64,000 nucleotides of DNA from Eledone cirrhosa. Lineage: Eukaryota. The translations under genes were made by a program, and so were the position numbers. The DNA lies in assembly GCA_964016885.1 (NCBI GenBank), contig OZ024743.1:264430001-264494000 (forward strand), in the 5' to 3' direction. The notes below the pieces were generated by a model. That model was given only the letters and a program-made list of their open reading frames with translations. It had not been told where the DNA came from and did not search any database. This document shows, in pieces, positions 59,828 through 64,000 of the stretch (the first letter of the stretch is position 1; each line of letters starts with the position of its first letter).

Positions 59828-60166
59828 CAGTGACCATAGCGACGAAAAAAACTGAACTCAGGATAACATTTTTGACTAACCTGGACCATCGCGTTGACAT
59901 CATACACAACACATGATATATACCATGTAATATACATCACCTATAATATATGTATGTATATATATATGTGTGTATGCATATATATATATACGTATATATA
60001 TGTATATATTATATATACATATATATACGTATATATATACATACATATATTATAGGTGATGTATATTACATGGTATATATCATGTGTTGTGTATGATGTC
60101 AGCGCGATGGTCCAGGTTAGTCAAAAATGTTATCCTGAGTTCAGTTTTTTTCGTCGCTATGGTCAC
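59828..60166. repeat. ~120-bp inverted repeat around a TA-rich spacer
   Basis: 59828-59948 versus 60048-60166. Confidence 0.85.
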
Positions 60167-60169
60167 TTT

Positions 60170-60768
60170 TGCCCGATCCCACCTTGAATACTGTTGTCCA
60201 CTGTGGTCACCCCACAAAATATCATGAAAGTTGAAGCACCCCAAATGTCAATTACAAAAAAGATATATGGCATGACAGGCCTTGATTATTCCAGTCGATT
60301 AGAAAAGCTCAAACTTTATTCTCTCCAACGTCGCCGTGAGCGCTACAATATCTGTATGATGTGGAAAATATTCCATCAGCTTTGCGCGAATGATGTTGGC
60401 ATCGCCTTTAGTGTACACCCAAGGATTGGGCCCCGTGCTCTCCGCCCACGACAAAAATCTCGCTCGCATCACATAACAACAATACGGCACAATTATTTCA
60501 CCTCAATTGACCCTGCACTCTTTAATATTACACCAAAACACATCAAAGCAGAGACAGACCCCATCAAGTTCAAGAAATGTTTGGATAAATTCCTTCAAGA
60601 TATCCCGGATATGCCTCCTACACCCGGATATGCCTCCGTAAACAATTATTCTCTGCTCGAGTAGGCCATGGTGCCCAAACACTGATTTTTAAGACTTCGC
60701 GAGGTGGTGCTATTAAGTTAGACATGACCTGGGCCAATACTGGACGAAACCTATCAAAGCTATCAAAG

Positions 60769-60770
<2 letters not shown>
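60170..60770 (+). pseudogene. CR1-like LINE 3' end (ORF2 C-terminus and 3' UTR)
   Basis: [40 protein letters not shown]. Confidence 0.8.
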
Positions 60771-60865
<95 letters not shown>

Positions 60866-60878
60866 AAAATATATATAT

Positions 60879-60932
<54 letters not shown>

Positions 60933-61100
60933 ATATGTATATATATATGTATGTATAAATATATGTATGTATGTATAAATATATGTATGTCGGGTCACTC
61001 TTGAGTGCAATGGTATCATGTAACCCAGTACAACCTGTCGCACGGTCGCGTCGTCGGTGACTCATATACTGTACCGATTGTGTTGTTAATGCTGTTTACC

Positions 61101-61165
<65 letters not shown>

Positions 61166-61272
61166 AATTAGAATTGGTGCTCTTAACCGCTCTGTATAAT
61201 CTGTTCCTGATTATTACTGGAATTCTATAAGAATCAAACATTCATAATTTCCAGCAAACAGGCGGTGTAGTT

Positions 61273-61317
61273 AGCTTTGATAAGCACCAAAAAGTGCGAA
61301 ACAGGATTCTGTCAGCT
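61273..61317 (+). ncRNA. Decayed hammerhead ribozyme
   Basis: agct-TTGATAA-gcac caaaaa gtgc-GAAA-cag gatt ctg-TC-agct, enclosed by cagcaaacagg/cctgtttgctg. Confidence 0.6.
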
Positions 61318-62901
61318 TTATCTCCCCTGTTTGCTGAAAATTGAAGTAAGTGAGACTGTCACTACTGTAAAACAATAGCGTAAGGTCTTCGAAATGCTTT
61401 TAATTAAGCATACACTTTATTGCAAAATACACTATATATACATTCATATATATATATTTATTTATTTATTTATTTATTTTTACATACACACATACATGCA
61501 CATATACATATATATTTATATACACACAACACATATATAAGTTAGATCACTAGCGATTTTTGTACAAGTTAAAAACATGTTATGTATACATATATATAAA
61601 TCTATATATTCACATATACACCCACCCCATATGTTGAGTGGGTGTGTTAGTCGCTGGATTTCGCAAAATACATATTTTTTATTGAAGAAGATATATTTCC
61701 GCAGAAATTTGATTGCACTGTTTTGTTTCCAATCATGTATTTTTTGAAAATGTTATTTATTCATTAAATAAATCATAGCATTCAATATGTAGGTGGGCCC
61801 CCTTCCTCTCCTGGCAACCAATATTTTTTGAGACAGTCCGCCACTGTACATATATACATACATAAATACGCGCACACACACACACGCACATATATATTAT
61901 CTTACCTTGTAAATATTGAGGTAATAAATCTTATTTAAGGCGTGTAAATGATAGTAAATGCTTTTATAGTTTGCTCAATCCCAAAGAGTGTTTACGTACG
62001 TCAACATTATCCCGCATAAATGTTAATGGCGTAATTCGTGGACGCATGTGCTACAATCTCAAACATCTCCTTCAAGATGTATTAACAAAAATATTAGATA
62101 TCTGGTCGAACAATTATAATCGACGAAGTGATAAGTCATGCACGAATATTCCGAGAAGAGATACATCCCTATCTGTTCGAGCAATGAATACATACGCAGT
62201 ACGACGGTGGTATTTCCATGAAAACCCTATTTATAAGTGCATCTGAAGCAGTACGATCACTCACTCTACCTCGCATTGGAGCGAGCACGTCGAAAACGCT
62301 ATACTGCATCCGCAACCATCAAAGACAAAAGAAATACACACACACACATAATACATGTTTGAGGAAAGAGTGCAACGAGTTTCCAGCCACGTCTGATACT
62401 TACTTATTCTACAGTGGGCATAATGAAGTTTCCCAAGATATTCAATTCAAATTACCCAGTCGATCGAGAGTAACGTGAAGACAATCTAATAGTGTTGAGA
62501 GAAGACAATTACAAGATGTTGTCTCCTTTAGCTACAACGACAGCGAAGAACCGTGAAAATAATTAACCCCATTCCTAACACAGATACAAAATAATTGATG
62601 TGATCAGTTCAATATGTCACATTCGAGGTGTGGTATGTAATTAAAACTGCTATTGAAATTCTAGATGTGGAAATATTAGGTTAATTTCATATCAGTTTGC
62701 AAGATCAGCTGTTTTAGAAAAACGCTCTGATGTAATCAATGTAATTTTACTATAACGTTTCAGTTACTTATTCGACTTAATATATTTAAAACATGTTTAG
62801 AATTACTTAGCAAATACACATAAATTCGTACGCAAAAACTCACACATCCAGAGACTCACACACATACCCAGACACGCACACACATATATATGTAATATAC
62901 C

Positions 62902-62979
<78 letters not shown>

Positions 62980-63145
62980 CATATGTATATATATATACAA
63001 TATACAAAGAATCGCTGCTTTCACCCTTAACGGGATCTTCTGAAACGGCGGTTCTTTGCTCAAACTTTAATCTATATACAATATACCTATATATATATAT
63101 AATATACATAAATAAATATATATATATGTATATGTATATATGTAC

Positions 63146-63178
<33 letters not shown>

Positions 63179-63435
63179 ATACACACACATACACGTATAC
63201 ATATATATATATGTATATACATATATATGTGTATATATATGTATATATATGTATATATATATATGTATATATATGTATATATATATATATGTATATAAAT
63301 GTATATGTATATACATTTATATATATATATATATTTGTATATATATATTTATATATATATATATATATATTTATATGTATATAAATGTATATGTATATAC
63401 ATTTATATATATATATATATTTGTATATATATACT

Positions 63436-63467
<32 letters not shown>

Positions 63468-63519
63468 AATGTATATGTATATACATTTATATATATATAT
63501 ATATTTGTATATATATATT

Positions 63520-63550
<31 letters not shown>

Positions 63551-63557
63551 TTATATA

Positions 63558-63615
<58 letters not shown>

Positions 63616-63642
63616 TTATATATATATATATATATTTATATA

Positions 63643-63706
<64 letters not shown>

Positions 63707-63822
63707 TAATATATACTAGACCACCCGTGACCCGTTGTGTCATGTTCACTTTAAAATAATTTTTAAATAATTAAAATATACTCAAAATGTATATATACGT
63801 GTATGTGTGTGTGTATATGTAC

Positions 63823-63872
<50 letters not shown>

Positions 63873-64000
63873 TTGTGTGTGTGGGTGTCTGTGGCCTATA
63901 TACATTGATTACAGACACACGCACAAATACATCCTGTCCTAACACAAGTTATAAGATACATATAACTTAATATTTAGTCACTAAATTCCAGCTAGATACA

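Overview
Eukaryotic, AT-rich, essentially gene-free DNA saturated with (TA)n/(CA)n microsatellites and transposable elements. The SINE cores look cephalopod/octopod (my recognition, not verified). Coding remnants: the 5' half of an L1/Tx1-type LINE (ORF1 zinc knuckle plus an open APE-endonuclease ORF2 running off the window edge), about seven Penelope-like element (PLE) copies (RT and/or GIY-YIG, one near full length), and R4/Dong-, RTE- and CR1-like LINE 3' fragments. There is also a hAT transposon with a perfect 8-bp TSD that has been inflated to 7 kb by nested PLEs. The main hidden signal is RNA-level. Reading both strands by eye I found roughly 30 intact or decayed type I hammerhead ribozyme (HHR) motifs from more than a dozen unrelated families. 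Some lie in PLE pseudo-LTRs. Others lie in ORF-less tandem units that look like retrozymes: a near-identical 485-bp array, a ~430-445-bp family at two loci, and a 520-bp HHR-to-HHR unit. Most HHR-bearing insertions are divergent foldbacks whose 3' ends point outward into (TA)n, and nearly every family has its own palindromic stem III. All structures were paired manually; no folding or database search was run.
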